Of a stretch of DNA of 64,000 bases, positions 9,016-19,029 are shown piece by piece (the stretch's first letter is position 1; each line of letters begins with the position of its first letter). Both the position numbers and the translations under genes were made by a program. The stretch covers positions 14-64,013 of the forward strand of contig CAVOVX010000007.1 in the NCBI GenBank assembly GCA_963699965.1. Reading direction: 5' to 3'. Source of the DNA: an uncultured Chloroflexia bacterium. GTDB lineage: Bacteria; Chloroflexota; Limnocylindria; Limnocylindrales; CSP1-4. The notes beneath the pieces were generated by a model. It was not told the origin of the DNA. It did no database searches and was given only the letters and a program-made list of their open reading frames with translations.

Positions 9016-9073
9016 GGCGCACGTCCGGTTCGACTACGATCGGTCGCGACGAGCGCTTGACCGCGGAGGACAG

Positions 9074-10089
9074 ATGGCATCCCGGATCGGCCTGGCGATC
9101 ATTGGCGCCGGGCGGATGGGTCGCAACCACGCTCGGTTGATCGCGGCCGGCGTGCCCGAGCTGTCGATCGTCGCGATCGGCGACGTCGACGGCGCCGCAG
9201 CCGACCGTCTGGCCGACGAGATCGGGAGCGCGACGGGCTTCGCCGACCCGCTCGCCGCGATCGCGGCGCCGGGCGTCGACGCCGTGCTCATCGCAGTCTC
9301 TTCCGACCAGCATCGGCACGTCGTGGAGGCCGCCGCGGCCGCGGGCCGGGACATCCTGTGCGAGAAGCCGCTGGCGCTGACCTCGCGGGCACGGAGCGCG
9401 ATCGCGGCCGCGGAGCGGGCCGGGGTCCGCCTCCAGGTGGGGCTCATGCGGCGCTGGGACCCGGACTACGTCCGGGCGCGTGCCCGGATCGCGGCCGGCG
9501 ACCTCGGACGGCTGTTGCTCTTCACGCCGCTGCAGTACGACAGGGACCCTCCACCGCTCGCGATCCTCGACCCGGCGGTAGCGGCGGGATCATGCTCGAC
9601 ATGGGCATCCACGAGTTCGACCTAGCTCGGTTGCTGATGGGCGCCGAGGTCGTCGAGGTCCAGGCAACCGGCTCGATCGTCCAGGCCCCGAGACCGCCGC
9701 GTTCGGGGACGTCGACACCGCCGTGGTGAGCCTCCGGTTCGCCTCGGGCGCGATCGGGACCGTCGAGATGAGCCGCGGCGACGACGTACGGCGAGGACGT
9801 CCGGACGGAGGTCCACGGCACCGACGGGAGCGCGTTCATCGGCGGCCTGCCGATCGCTGGCGGGTCGGCGATCGGCCGGGAGGGCGGTATCAGCTGGGAT
9901 GCGACGTCGCCGTCGATGCCGCGCTTCGCCCCGGCTTACATCGACCAGGCACGCGCCTTCGGCCGGTCGATCCAGAACGATGAGCCGGTAAGCCCCTCCG
10001 GCGCCGATGGCCGCGCAGCCTTCGTCATCGCGATGGCTGCCTCGCGCGCCCTGCAGGAGGCGGGGACCGTGGCCGTTGACGTGGTGTAG
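9074..10089 (+). pseudogene. Gfo/Idh/MocA family oxidoreductase (inositol dehydrogenase-like), at least 4 frame breaks
   Basis: GGAGGA RBS then ATG 9074. MASRIGLAIIGAGRMGRNHARLIAAG...DAVLIAVSSDQHRHVVEAAAAAGRDILCEKPLALT / GGIMLDMGIHEFDLARLLMG / VVSLRFASGAIGTVEMSR / YGEDVRTEVHGTDGSAFIGG...ADGRAAFVIAMAASRALQEAGTVAVDVV, stop TAG at 10087. Confidence 0.7.
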
Positions 10090-10100
10090 CATCTCGTAGT

Positions 10101-10114
10101 TGCAAACGGTTGCA
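10101..10114. promoter_or_regulatory. LacI-type operator site A: TGCAAACGGTTGCA
   Basis: Fits the TGnAAnCGnTTnCA pattern exactly. It lies 25 nt upstream of the P450 GTG (10140), with GGAGGG at 10128-10133. Confidence 0.65.
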
Positions 10115-10139
10115 CGATCCACGACCGGAGGGCCACAGT

Positions 10140-11333
10140 GTGGCAACTCTCGATTCGCTGATGTCACCGGAGGCGCCGGTCCGGTGGGACCCGCTCCGGG
10201 TGGTCGACGATCCGTATCCGACCTATCGCCGGCTTCGCAACGAAGCACCCCTTTATCGGGACGAGGAGCGAGCGATCTGGGCTCTATCCCGCTTCGACGA
10301 CGTCCAGGCCGCGGCGCGGGACTGGAAGACGTTCTCGAGCAGCGAAGGCAACGATCACGACGACGGACACCAGCTGTTCGAGCCGGCGGGTGACGTCGCC
10401 GGGATCGATCCGCCCGACCACACGCGCTTACGCAAGGCCCTTCACAGTGCCTTCAGCCCGTCGGAGATCAGAGCCAGGTTCGAGCCGTCGGCTCGCCTCA
10501 AGGCGAGGAGCCTGATCGACGCGTTCGCCGATCTCGGCCGGGCCGATCTGGCGCGTGACCTGGCCAGGCCGCTCCCCGGCGCGATGGTCTGCACGTGGCT
10601 CGGCTTCCCGGAGGACGACCATCCGCAGCTGCTGGACTGGTTCGGGCACTTGCTCGACCGCGTGCCCGGCGAGCATGGGCTGCCGGCGTCCGCACTCGAA
10701 GCCCGAGACCGGATGCGCGCCTACGTCGAGGCAGCGGCGGCTGAGCGTCGGGTCGCGCCCCGCGCCGATCTGTTGACGGTGCTCGTCCAGGCCCAAGCCG
10801 ACGGCGCCATCAGCGGGGATGAAGTGCTCGGCTGCTCGCTGCTCCTCTTCCTGGCTGGCATCACGACCACATCTGGGCTGATCTCGAATTCGCTCCTTCA
10901 CCTCGACCGATTCCCCGACCAGCGCGAGCTCATGCGTCTCGAACCGGAGCGCATTCCGGCCGCGATCGAGGAGCTCCTTCGCTTCGAGGCGCCAATCCAG
11001 ACCCTGATCCGGACGACCTCGAAGGAGGTCGAGATGCATGGGACGATCATTCCCAGGGGTGCCCACGTGAGCCTCATCTGGGCGTCAGCGAACCGCGACG
11101 AGCGACGCTGGACGGATCCGGATCGGCTCGACATCGGGCGTGCGCCGGAGCGGCACGTCGCCTTCGGCGAAGGGATCCACCACTGCATCGGAGCGCCGCT
11201 CGCGCGCCTCGAGGCCCGGATCGCCTTCGAGGAGCTGTTCGCGCGGATCCCGACGTATGCCGTCACTGGACCGATCAGACGGGTCAGCACACCGACCGAT
11301 CGCGCCCTGGAGAGCCTGCCCGTGGAGTTCTGA
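10140..11333 (+). CDS. Cytochrome P450 (intact)
   Basis: Heme-binding loop FGEGIHHCIGAPLARLE, ExxR in EELLRFEAP, I-helix-like LLLFLAGITTTSG, N-terminal YPTYRRLRNEAPLYRDEE. The start is taken as the GTG 6 nt after GGAGGG. Confidence 0.9.
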   Translation: MATLDSLMSPEAPVRWDPLRVVDDPYPTYRRLRNEAPLYRDEERAIWALSRFDDVQAAARDWKTFSSSEGNDHDDGHQLFEPAGDVAGIDPPDHTRLRKALHSAFSPSEIRARFEPSARLKARSLIDAFADLGRADLARDLARPLPGAMVCTWLGFPEDDHPQLLDWFGHLLDRVPGEHGLPASALEARDRMRAYVEAAAAERRVAPRADLLTVLVQAQADGAISGDEVLGCSLLLFLAGITTTSGLISNSLLHLDRFPDQRELMRLEPERIPAAIEELLRFEAPIQTLIRTTSKEVEMHGTIIPRGAHVSLIWASANRDERRWTDPDRLDIGRAPERHVAFGEGIHHCIGAPLARLEARIAFEELFARIPTYAVTGPIRRVSTPTDRALESLPVEF

Positions 11334-11349
11334 GCGGACCGCCGCTCGC

Positions 11350-12216
11350 TCAGGCGGTCGTCGACGCGCCTTCCAGGAGCCCTCGGATCTGCTCGAACAT
11401 GAAGCGCGACGACTCCACGGCGCGCTCTTCCCAGGCGAAGACACAGCTCGTCAGGATCCCATCGAAGCCGACTCGCCGGAGCGCGTCGAAGCAGGCCACG
11501 AAGTCCACCTCGCCCTGGCCGATGTCGAGGTGCTGGTGGACGCGGGCCGGCGATCCGGGCGGGTTCACGATGTAGCGGTTGCCCGACGACGCCCGGTGGT
11601 TGAGCACGTCGGCGACGTGGACCTGGGTCAGGACGGGTGCGGCATAGTCGATCATCGCCCCGATGTCGTCGCCCAGGTAATAGGTGTGCGGCGCACAGAA
11701 CACGTAGCCGACGATCGGTGAGTCGATCCCTCGGACCAGGTCGACCGCCTCGGTGTTGCGCTCGATGAAGTCGTCCGGATGGGCCTCCAGGTTCAGCCGG
11801 ATCCCTTCCCGCTCGAAGATCGGCAGCAGCTCGTCCATCGAGCGCCAGAACTGCGCCTCGCTCCGGGCGGCCTGCTCCGGGCGACCGTTGAACTCGGAGT
11901 TCATGACCCCGCAGCCGACGTCGGCGGCGAGCTGGATCGCCCGCTTCCAGTAGCCGACGGCGGCCAGCCGCTCGTCTTCGTCCGGGCTCGACCAGCGGTA
12001 GAGGGGCAGGATCGACGCCAGCTCCATCCCCGTGTCGCGGAGCGCCGCCCGGAACTCCGCGACCTTGGCCCGATCCGCGCGCGGGTGCGTGAAGAACGGG
12101 ATGAAGTCAGGTCGTGGCGAGAGCTCGATCGAGTCGTAGCCGATGTCGGCTGCGATCCGACAGACCTCGGCGAACGGACGGTCGCGGAGCATGTACGGAT
12201 CGAGGGCGATCTTCAC
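11350..12216 (-). CDS. Sugar phosphate isomerase/epimerase (xylose isomerase-like TIM barrel), intact
   Basis: 288-aa ORF with IGYDSIELSP, MNSEFNGRP, RLNLEAHPDDF and HVHVADV..HLDIGQGEVDF. The start lies 2 nt downstream of the stop of the upstream large gene. Confidence 0.85.
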   Translation of the reverse strand: MKIALDPYMLRDRPFAEVCRIAADIGYDSIELSPRPDFIPFFTHPRADRAKVAEFRAALRDTGMELASILPLYRWSSPDEDERLAAVGYWKRAIQLAADVGCGVMNSEFNGRPEQAARSEAQFWRSMDELLPIFEREGIRLNLEAHPDDFIERNTEAVDLVRGIDSPIVGYVFCAPHTYYLGDDIGAMIDYAAPVLTQVHVADVLNHRASSGNRYIVNPPGSPARVHQHLDIGQGEVDFVACFDALRRVGFDGILTSCVFAWEERAVESSRFMFEQIRGLLEGASTTA

Positions 12217-12217
12217 G

Positions 12218-14823
12218 TCACGAGCTCTCCCGTTTGGCCGTACCGATCCGCCTGCGGAGGTCGGCTCCGCTCGCCGCGATCCGGTCCACCATCCGGGTCC
12301 GCTGAGCCGGGTCCGCGATGGTGGCCATGGAGTCCAGCCATCGTACGGTGCCGTCGATGACCGCGAGGATCGCCTCGGCGTCCGACGTGACGCACAGCGG
12401 CCGGTCGACGACCTCCACGTAGACCGGCGACGTATGGGCGGCCATGCTCGTGTTGTAGGCCGACCGGATCTCGTAGTCGCTGCGCGACCTGGCCGCGATC
12501 CAGGACCCCGCCGCGATGGAGATCTCGGCGGCGAGCTGGAGGTCGTCCGTCGCCCGGTCGACCGTTCGCTCGGCCACGACGCGACCGTTCACGACGAGCT
12601 CGACGGACCGGATGATCGATTGGGCCGCTCGAGCCCGGGCGTGCACGGTGAGCCGGCCGCCGCCCGCGGGCAGGACCAGGACGTCGCCGGGTTCGTGCCC
12701 ATCGACCGACAGCGCCAGCATCGGACCGGAGGTCGCAAACGTCCGTCCGGCACGAACCGCCGCGGACCAGGCGGCGAACGTCGCCGCCGCGTCGGGATCG
12801 AGCCGGGCGTAGGTCCGGATGGCGCCGACCGGCATCTCGGCCGACATCTTGTCGGTCCCACCCAGGACCGGCACCCGGTAGCCGCAATTGAGGAAGCGGT
12901 ACCACTCGCTGATCGACGGGTTGTCGAGGCCAGGAGCGAACGTCTGCATCTCGACGGCGTCGATCCGGCCGGCCACGATCTCGGCAGCGATCTCGGCGAA
13001 CGGCAACGGGAAGTGCGCCCCGACGACGAGGCCGCCCTCGGCGTGGCAGCGGTCCGCCCAGTCGCCGAGCAGCTCGGTGACGGCTCCCCCGATCCGGCCC
13101 TCGGGCCCGCCGCCCGAGGCGAGCGGAACGGTGGGCCGGCGCGCTCCGAGCAGGGCGAGATGGCCGAGCACGTTCTGGCGGTTCTCGGTCCCGACGATGA
13201 CGATGTGACGACCGTCGGGATCGGCCTGTGAGCCCCAGGCGAGGTCGGTGACGTTGGTGAACTCGTCGCCCAGCTGGGTCGCCAGCAGGTGGACGAACAC
13301 GACGTCCTCGGCGGCCGCCTGGAGGAGCGCCGTCGAGGGGGCCAGGAAGTGGACATGGGAGTCCGCGGAGCGCCAGCCGTCCGGCCGCAGATCGATCGCT
13401 CGCTCGAGCGCGACCGTGACGTCACGAGTCCCCGGCTCGACGACCAGCGTGCGACGCACAGGGCGGTGATCGAACCCCTTCACGACCTCGATCGCCACCT
13501 CGCCCAGCGGCAGGTCGATCGAGAACGCGCCGGGCACGTACGCGTAGGTGTCACCTCCGAGGATCAACCCGGCGCCAGAGTCCTCCAGGAGCCCCGGATT
13601 GATCTCCTCGCGGTGACCGAGCGGCGGCAGGTAGCGCCCGTCCGCGGCCACGAACCGCACCCGGGACGGCGTTGGCGCGTCGTCGGCCAGGATCCGGACG
13701 TCGACCCGGACCTCGGGCGTCGGCAGCGGACGGATCGTGATCCCGCCGTCCGGGCTCGTCGTCCGGGAGCCGAGCCCGGCGACCGCGACCTCCCAGTCGC
13801 CGAACGTCAGCCGCGCGTCGGGCGCTGCAGCGACGTCGAGGACTGTTCGCGCTGATCCGCCAGCTCGATTGGAGCCGTCGCGGGTGAGTGGCTCCGCGGA
13901 TCCCCAGCCGACCGGTCCACGGTCCGGGCCGTCGTCCGACCCGCGCGGCAGCGGGAGCGGTCGGGCCCCGATGGCGACCCCCAGGTCCACCTCGGGCAGG
14001 CCGTCTGCCGGGCCTTCGACCAGGAGCTGCCGGCGTGGCTCCAGGACGAGCGGGTCCGCGGTGCCCGCGAAGAGGGTCAGCGCCGCAAGGACGACCGCCG
14101 TGCCCGGACGGCCTCCGCCGAGCGGCACGAGACGCAGCTCGACCGGATCGCCATCGCCCAGCGGGATGGCGTGGAGCCAGTAGGTCGCGTCGTCGTCCGC
14201 GGTCGGGACGAAGTCGGCGATGCCCACCTGGGCAGCGCCCCACGAGCCGGGCAGCATCGCGAGCAGCCCGGCCTGGCCGGCGGCGACGCGGCGGCCCGGT
14301 TCCTGCCGTGGATGTGGGCCACGCCAGTCGAGCGTCTCGTCCGCCCGGTGACCGATCGCCGCGAACGGGATGAACCCCCAGCCGATGATCCCGTCTGCGA
14401 TCTCGAATTGACGGCGGATCTCGACGGCTCGGGTCGTGCCATCGGCGAACGTGATCGCGTACCGGGCGAGCCGCTCGCCGGTCGGCAGGACCCAGCCCAC
14501 GGGTGTTTCGGACGCTCGCTTCCCCGCGGCATCGCGCCAGCTGTCCGCGAAGTGGGCCACCACGAGGTGGCTGGCTCGGCCCTGACCCCGGAGGTCGATC
14601 GTCAGCTCGTCATCGAGGAGCAGCCAGCGCCGTCCCGCAGCCCGTCGTCCGAGCTCGAACGGGAGGCCCCGGAACACGACGGGGCCGTCGGGCAGCCGCG
14701 CCAGGGCGGACCGGTACGCGGATCGAGCCGTTCGCCCAATTCGGCATCGGACGCGTTCCACGCCGCCGACAGGTCCACCGGACGCGCCAGAGGCGTCGCG
14801 ATGCGGCCTCGCCCGATGGCCAT
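12218..14823 (-). CDS. Large (about 868 aa) uncharacterised protein, paralog 1. N-terminal half unknown; C-terminal metal-dependent hydrolase-like domain. One frame break near 14720.
   Basis: ATG 14823 (MAIGRGRIATPLARPVDLSAAWNASDAEL), then the 898-aa ORF frame. Motifs ADSHVHF, GTENRQNVLGHLALLG, VVGAHFPLP and GGTDKMS give an HxH...H...H...D pattern. About 50-70% identical to the gene at 27013-29588. Confidence 0.7.
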
Positions 14824-14879
14824 GGCTGCGACCCTCCCGACCGATATTGACGCGAGGAGAGTTGCGATGATACCTTCGT

Positions 14880-14893
14880 TGCAATCGGTTGCG
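14880..14893. promoter_or_regulatory. LacI-type operator site B: TGCAATCGGTTGCG, in the 83-bp divergent region
   Basis: 13 nt upstream of the iolD ATG (14907, RBS AAGGAGGG) and 56 nt upstream of the divergent large gene (14823). Overlaps the palindromic octamer TTGCGCAA (14889-14896). Confidence 0.65.
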
Positions 14894-14906
14894 CAAGGAG
14901 GGATCG

Positions 14907-16797
14907 ATGGACACCGTCCGGCTGACCGTGGGTCAGGCCATCGTCCGCTTCATGGCCAACCAGTACGCCGAACGAGACGGCCGCGAACAGCGCTTCATCG
15001 CCGGGGTCTGGGGCATCTTCGGGCACGGCAACGTCGCCGGCTTCGGCCAGGCCCTCGAGGAGCTCGGGGACGCCGAGGACATGCCCTACTACCGGCCCCA
15101 GAACGAGCAGGCCCAGGTCCATCTGGCGGCCGCGTTCGCGCGGCACAACAACCGCCTCCGGACATACGCCTGCACCTCGTCCGTCGGCCCGGGCGCGATG
15201 AACATGATCACCGGGGCTGCCGGCGGCGACCGTCAACCGGATCCCGGTGCTGCTCCTGCCGAGCGACTACTTCGCCAACCGGACGCCGGATCCCGTCCTC
15301 CAGCAGATCGAGCATCCGACCGAGCGCGACTTCGAGCGCCAACGACGCGTTCCGCCCGGTCTCCCGGTTCTTCGATCGGATCTCGCGTCCCGAGCAGCTG
15401 ATCGCCTCGCTGCCGGCGGCGTTTCGCGTGCTCACCGATCCGGCCGACACCGGGGCGGTCACGATCTCGCTGCCCGAGGACGTCCAGTCCGAGGCGTTCG
15501 ACTGGCCCGAGCGGTTCTTCGAGCGGCGGGTCTGGCGAGTTCGCCGACCGTTGCCTGAAGCGGCCGACGTGGCCGACGCGGTTCGCCTGATCCGGGCGTC
15601 GACGGCACCGGTGATCGTCGTCGGCGGGGGCGTGATCTACTCCGAGGCGACCGAGGCGCTGTCGGCGTTGGCGACGCAGTTCGGGATCCCGGTGGTCGAG
15701 ACGCAGGCTGGCAAGGGCGCCCTGCCCTGGAACCATCCAATGAATGCCGGCCCGGCGGGGACCAACGGCGGTCTGGCCGCCAACCGGCTCGCCCGCGACG
15801 CGGACCTGGTCATCTGCGTCGGGACGCGGATGGGCGACTTCGTGACCGCCTCACGCACGACGTTCCAGCACCCCGAGGCGAGGTTCATCGGCATCAACAT
15901 CGCGCCGATGGACGCCCACAAGCTGCGCGCGGTCCCGGTCGTGGCCGATGCCCGCGAGGCCCTGCGCGCGCTCGAGCGTGAGCTGGCGGCCGCCGGCTAC
16001 GCGGGGACCGCCGAACCGTATCGGCGGCGCGTCGCGGGGCTCAAGATGGAGTGGGACGACATCGTCACCAGCCTGCGAACGCGTGGATGGCGCTCCGGGC
16101 GATCTCGGCCAGGCCGAGGTCATCGGGATCGTGAACGACGTCGTGGGCGGTCACGCGACCGTGATCTGCGCCGCGGGCAGCCTGCCTGGTGACCTGCTCC
16201 GGCTGTGGCGACCCGAGGACCCCAAGGCCTACCACGTCGAATACGGCTTCTCGTGCATGGGCTACGAGATCGTGGCCGGGCTGGGCGTCCGGCTGGCCGA
16301 CCCGGATCGCGAGGTCGTCGTGATGGTCGGCGATGGCTCGTACCTGATGTTGAACTCCGAGATCGTCACCGCGGTCGCCGAGGGCCTCAAGCTCACGATC
16401 GTGGTCCTCGACAACCACGGGTTCCAGTGCATCCTCGCGCTCCAGCGGCTGGTCGGCGTGCCGGACTTCGGCAACGAGCTCCGCTTCCGCGACCGGTCGC
16501 GCAACCGGCTGACGGGCCCATACGTCCCGATCGACTTTCGGAAGCACGCCGAGGCGATGGGGGCCCTGGCGCCTCCAGGCGAACACGGCCGACGAGCTGC
16601 GCGCGGCGCTCGCCACGGCGCGCGCCGCCGATCGGATCGCGGTGATCGCGGTGCCCACCGAGCCGGAGAAGCGCGTCCCCGGCTTCGAATCGTGGTGGGA
16701 CGTCCCGGTGGCCGGTGCGAGCGAACAGGCCTCCGTCCGCGGCGCCCGGACGGCCTATGACGAGAAACGCCGCGAGCAGCGGACGGACATCCAGTAG
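14907..16797 (+). pseudogene. iolD: 3D-(3,5/4)-trihydroxycyclohexane-1,2-dione acylhydrolase IolD (ThDP enzyme), at least 4 frame breaks
   Basis: MDTVRLTVGQAIVRFMANQY...GIFGHGNVAGFGQALEE / [28 protein letters not shown] / [19 protein letters not shown]...VIVVGGGVIYS...ETQAGKGALPWNHP / GYEIVAGLGV..VVVMVGDGSYLMLNSEIVTA...LDNHGF / ...EKRVPGFESWWDVPVA, stop TAG at 16795. Confidence 0.85.
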
Positions 16798-16810
16798 ACA
16801 GGAGAAGCCC

Positions 16811-18049
16811 ATGCCTGGTCCCGGGATCGAGCTCATCGGTGCCGAAGAGACGGCCGAGGTCATGGAGGTGCTGCAGAGTGGCTACCTGAGTCGCTACGGC
16901 CCCTCGGACGATCCACGGTTCGGCGCCAAGGTGCATCACATCGAGCAGACGATCGCCGGCCTGACCGGCGTCCGCTATGGGCTCGGTCTCCACGGTGGTG
17001 GGTCGGCGGCGCTCTGGATCACGCTGCTCAGCCTCGGGGTGGGTGCCGGCGACGAGGTGATCGTGCCCGGCTTCACCTATGTCGCCTCGATCTCGGCGAT
17101 CGTCTACACCGGCGCGACGCCGATCCTGGCGGAGATCGACCAGACCTTTGATCTCGACCCGGCCGACGTCGAAGCCAAGATCACCCCTCGGACAGCAGCC
17201 ATCCTCGTCGTCCACATGCTCGGCGCCCCGGCCCGGATCAACGAGTTGAAGGCGATCGCCGACCGGCACGGGATCCCTCTCGTCGAGGACTGCGCCCAGG
17301 CGTTCGGGGCGACCTACGAAGGGCGGGGCGTCGGCGGGTTCGGGACGGCGGGGACGTTCAGCTTCAACGAGTTCAAGACGATCACGTGCGGCGACGGCGG
17401 GATGATCGTCACCGATGACGAGACGCTGTACGAGCGATGCTTCGCGATGCACGATCAGGGTCATGCTCCTGACCGGCTCGAGTCGAAGTACGCTCCGAGG
17501 CCATTCCTGGGCATGAACTTCCGGATGACGGAGCTGTCCGGCGCCGTCCTTCTCGGCCAGGTTCGGAAGCTGGACCTGATCACCTCGCACCTGCGGGCCA
17601 ACAAGGCGATCATCAAGGACATGCTCGAGGAGGTCCCGACGATCGGTTTCCGGACCCTGACCGATCCGGAAGGCGACCTCGCGACACACCTCGTGGTGGT
17701 GCTCCCGTCTGCGGAGATCGCCGCGAATGTCGCCGAGGAGGTGGGCTCCAAGCCCCTGTCCGAGTCGGGCTGGCATACCTACAGCCGGATGAACCACCTG
17801 CTCGAGAAGCGGACGATCACCGGCAAGGGCTGCCCATTCGACTGCGCCGACCCGAGCCATCCGCACGGCGACTATCGGGCAGGCATGCTGCCCCAGACCG
17901 ACGCTCTCCTGGAGCGCTCGCTGAGCATCGGGATCGGGGTGAGCGATCCCAACCTCGCGCCGTTCGGCCTCCGGATGCGCGACGGGGAAGCCGAGGCCAG
18001 GCAGGTCGGGGCCACCTTCCGCGATGCCGTGATCAAGCACCGGGCGTGA
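16811..18049 (+). CDS. DegT/DnrJ/EryC1/StrS family PLP aminotransferase (intact); candidate inosose/inosamine aminotransferase
   Basis: 412-aa ORF with a GGAGAAG RBS. GGGSAALWITLLSLGVGAGDEVIVPGFTYVAS, LVEDCAQAFGA, and FSFNEFKTITCGDGGMIV (lysine motif). Lies between iolD and iolC. Confidence 0.85.
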   Translation: MPGPGIELIGAEETAEVMEVLQSGYLSRYGPSDDPRFGAKVHHIEQTIAGLTGVRYGLGLHGGGSAALWITLLSLGVGAGDEVIVPGFTYVASISAIVYTGATPILAEIDQTFDLDPADVEAKITPRTAAILVVHMLGAPARINELKAIADRHGIPLVEDCAQAFGATYEGRGVGGFGTAGTFSFNEFKTITCGDGGMIVTDDETLYERCFAMHDQGHAPDRLESKYAPRPFLGMNFRMTELSGAVLLGQVRKLDLITSHLRANKAIIKDMLEEVPTIGFRTLTDPEGDLATHLVVVLPSAEIAANVAEEVGSKPLSESGWHTYSRMNHLLEKRTITGKGCPFDCADPSHPHGDYRAGMLPQTDALLERSLSIGIGVSDPNLAPFGLRMRDGEAEARQVGATFRDAVIKHRA

Positions 18050-18065
18050 CCGTCGGCGGCGCGCC

Positions 18066-19029
18066 ATGATCCAGGCTGTCGTGGTCGGCCGGGTCGGCGT
18101 CGACTTCACGCCAACGACGCCTCGGACGACCCTGGCCGCGGCCGAATCGTTCAGCCGGGCGGTCGGCGGCTTTGCCGGGAACATCGCGACCGGTCTGGCC
18201 CGACTCGGCATCCGCGCGGCGGTCGTGTCGGCCGTTGGCGACGATGGTCACGGCGATCACGTCCGAGGATTCCTCGAAGGCGAGGGCGTCGACGTCGGCC
18301 ACATCGTCACCCGGGCCGGTTCCAGGACCCAGGTGGCCTTCTTCGAGACCTGGCCGCCGGACCGCTTCCCGGTGACCTTCTACCGGCCGTCGCCGGCCCC
18401 GGAGACGCGGCTCACGGTCGCCGATCTGCCGGCGGCCATGCTCGAGGTCGCGCCGCTCGTGGTCCTTTCAGGAGCCCTGTTCGCCGAACAGCCGGCCAGG
18501 TCGATGGCGCTTGCGCTCCTCGACGTCCGACGAGCGTCGCGGGACCGGCGACGCGTCTCGACGACGATCCTCGATCTCGACTGGCGACCGACCCTGTGGC
18601 CCGACCCGAGTGAGGCGCCCACGTTGATGGAACGCGCGGCACGGCTAAGCGACATCGTCATCGGCAGCAGCGAGGAGTTCGCGGCCGCCGGCCTGCGACC
18701 CGAGACCGGCTCGGGCGGCGGACCTGACCTGGTCGTCCTCAAGCACGGATCCGATGGCGTTTCGCTGGTGACCGATGGCGAGCGGCGCTCGCTGCCCGGA
18801 AATCGACGTGGAGGTCGTGTGCGCCACCGGTGCTGGCGATGCACTCGCGGCCGCCTTCGCCGCCGGCCTCCTGAACGGCCTCGACCCGCTCGTCGCCGTC
18901 GAGCGTGGCAACGCCGCGGGAGCCATCGTCGCGACGAGGCTGATGTGCAGCACCGCGATGCCGACGCCCGCCGAGATCGACCGACTGCTCGCCGACCAGG
19001 TGGTCGAGTCGCACGGAGCCAGGCCGTGA
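18066..19029 (+). CDS. iolC: 5-dehydro-2-deoxygluconokinase IolC (PfkB family), one frame break near 18795
   Basis: MIQAVVVGRVGVDFTP..FSRAVGGFAGNIATGLARLG...DLDWRPTLW..., then in another frame EIDVEVVCATGAGDALAAAFAAGLL..GNAAGAIVATRLMCSTAMPT. The TGA at 19027 overlaps the iolB GTG. Confidence 0.8.

Noticed and set aside
7961-9319. 452-aa ORF on the minus strand spanning MarR, VOC, ArsR and the start of the Gfo gene
   Set aside because: Only short internal pieces carry homology (VOC and ArsR fragments that happen to fall in this frame). The rest is antisense or out-of-frame sequence.
10087-10092. TAGCAT hexamers (also at 29647-29652) as the shared -10 element of the regulon promoters
   Set aside because: The spacing to the operator differs (8 nt against 2 nt), and sites B and C have only loosely similar hexamers (TGATAC, TGCTAC). 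I do not claim promoter positions without TSS data.
16262-18211. 649-aa ORF on the minus strand
   Set aside because: It runs antisense to the well-supported iolD tail, the DegT aminotransferase and the iolC start. The sequence is Arg/Pro/Gly-rich with no motifs. This is a typical shadow ORF of a 70% GC genome.
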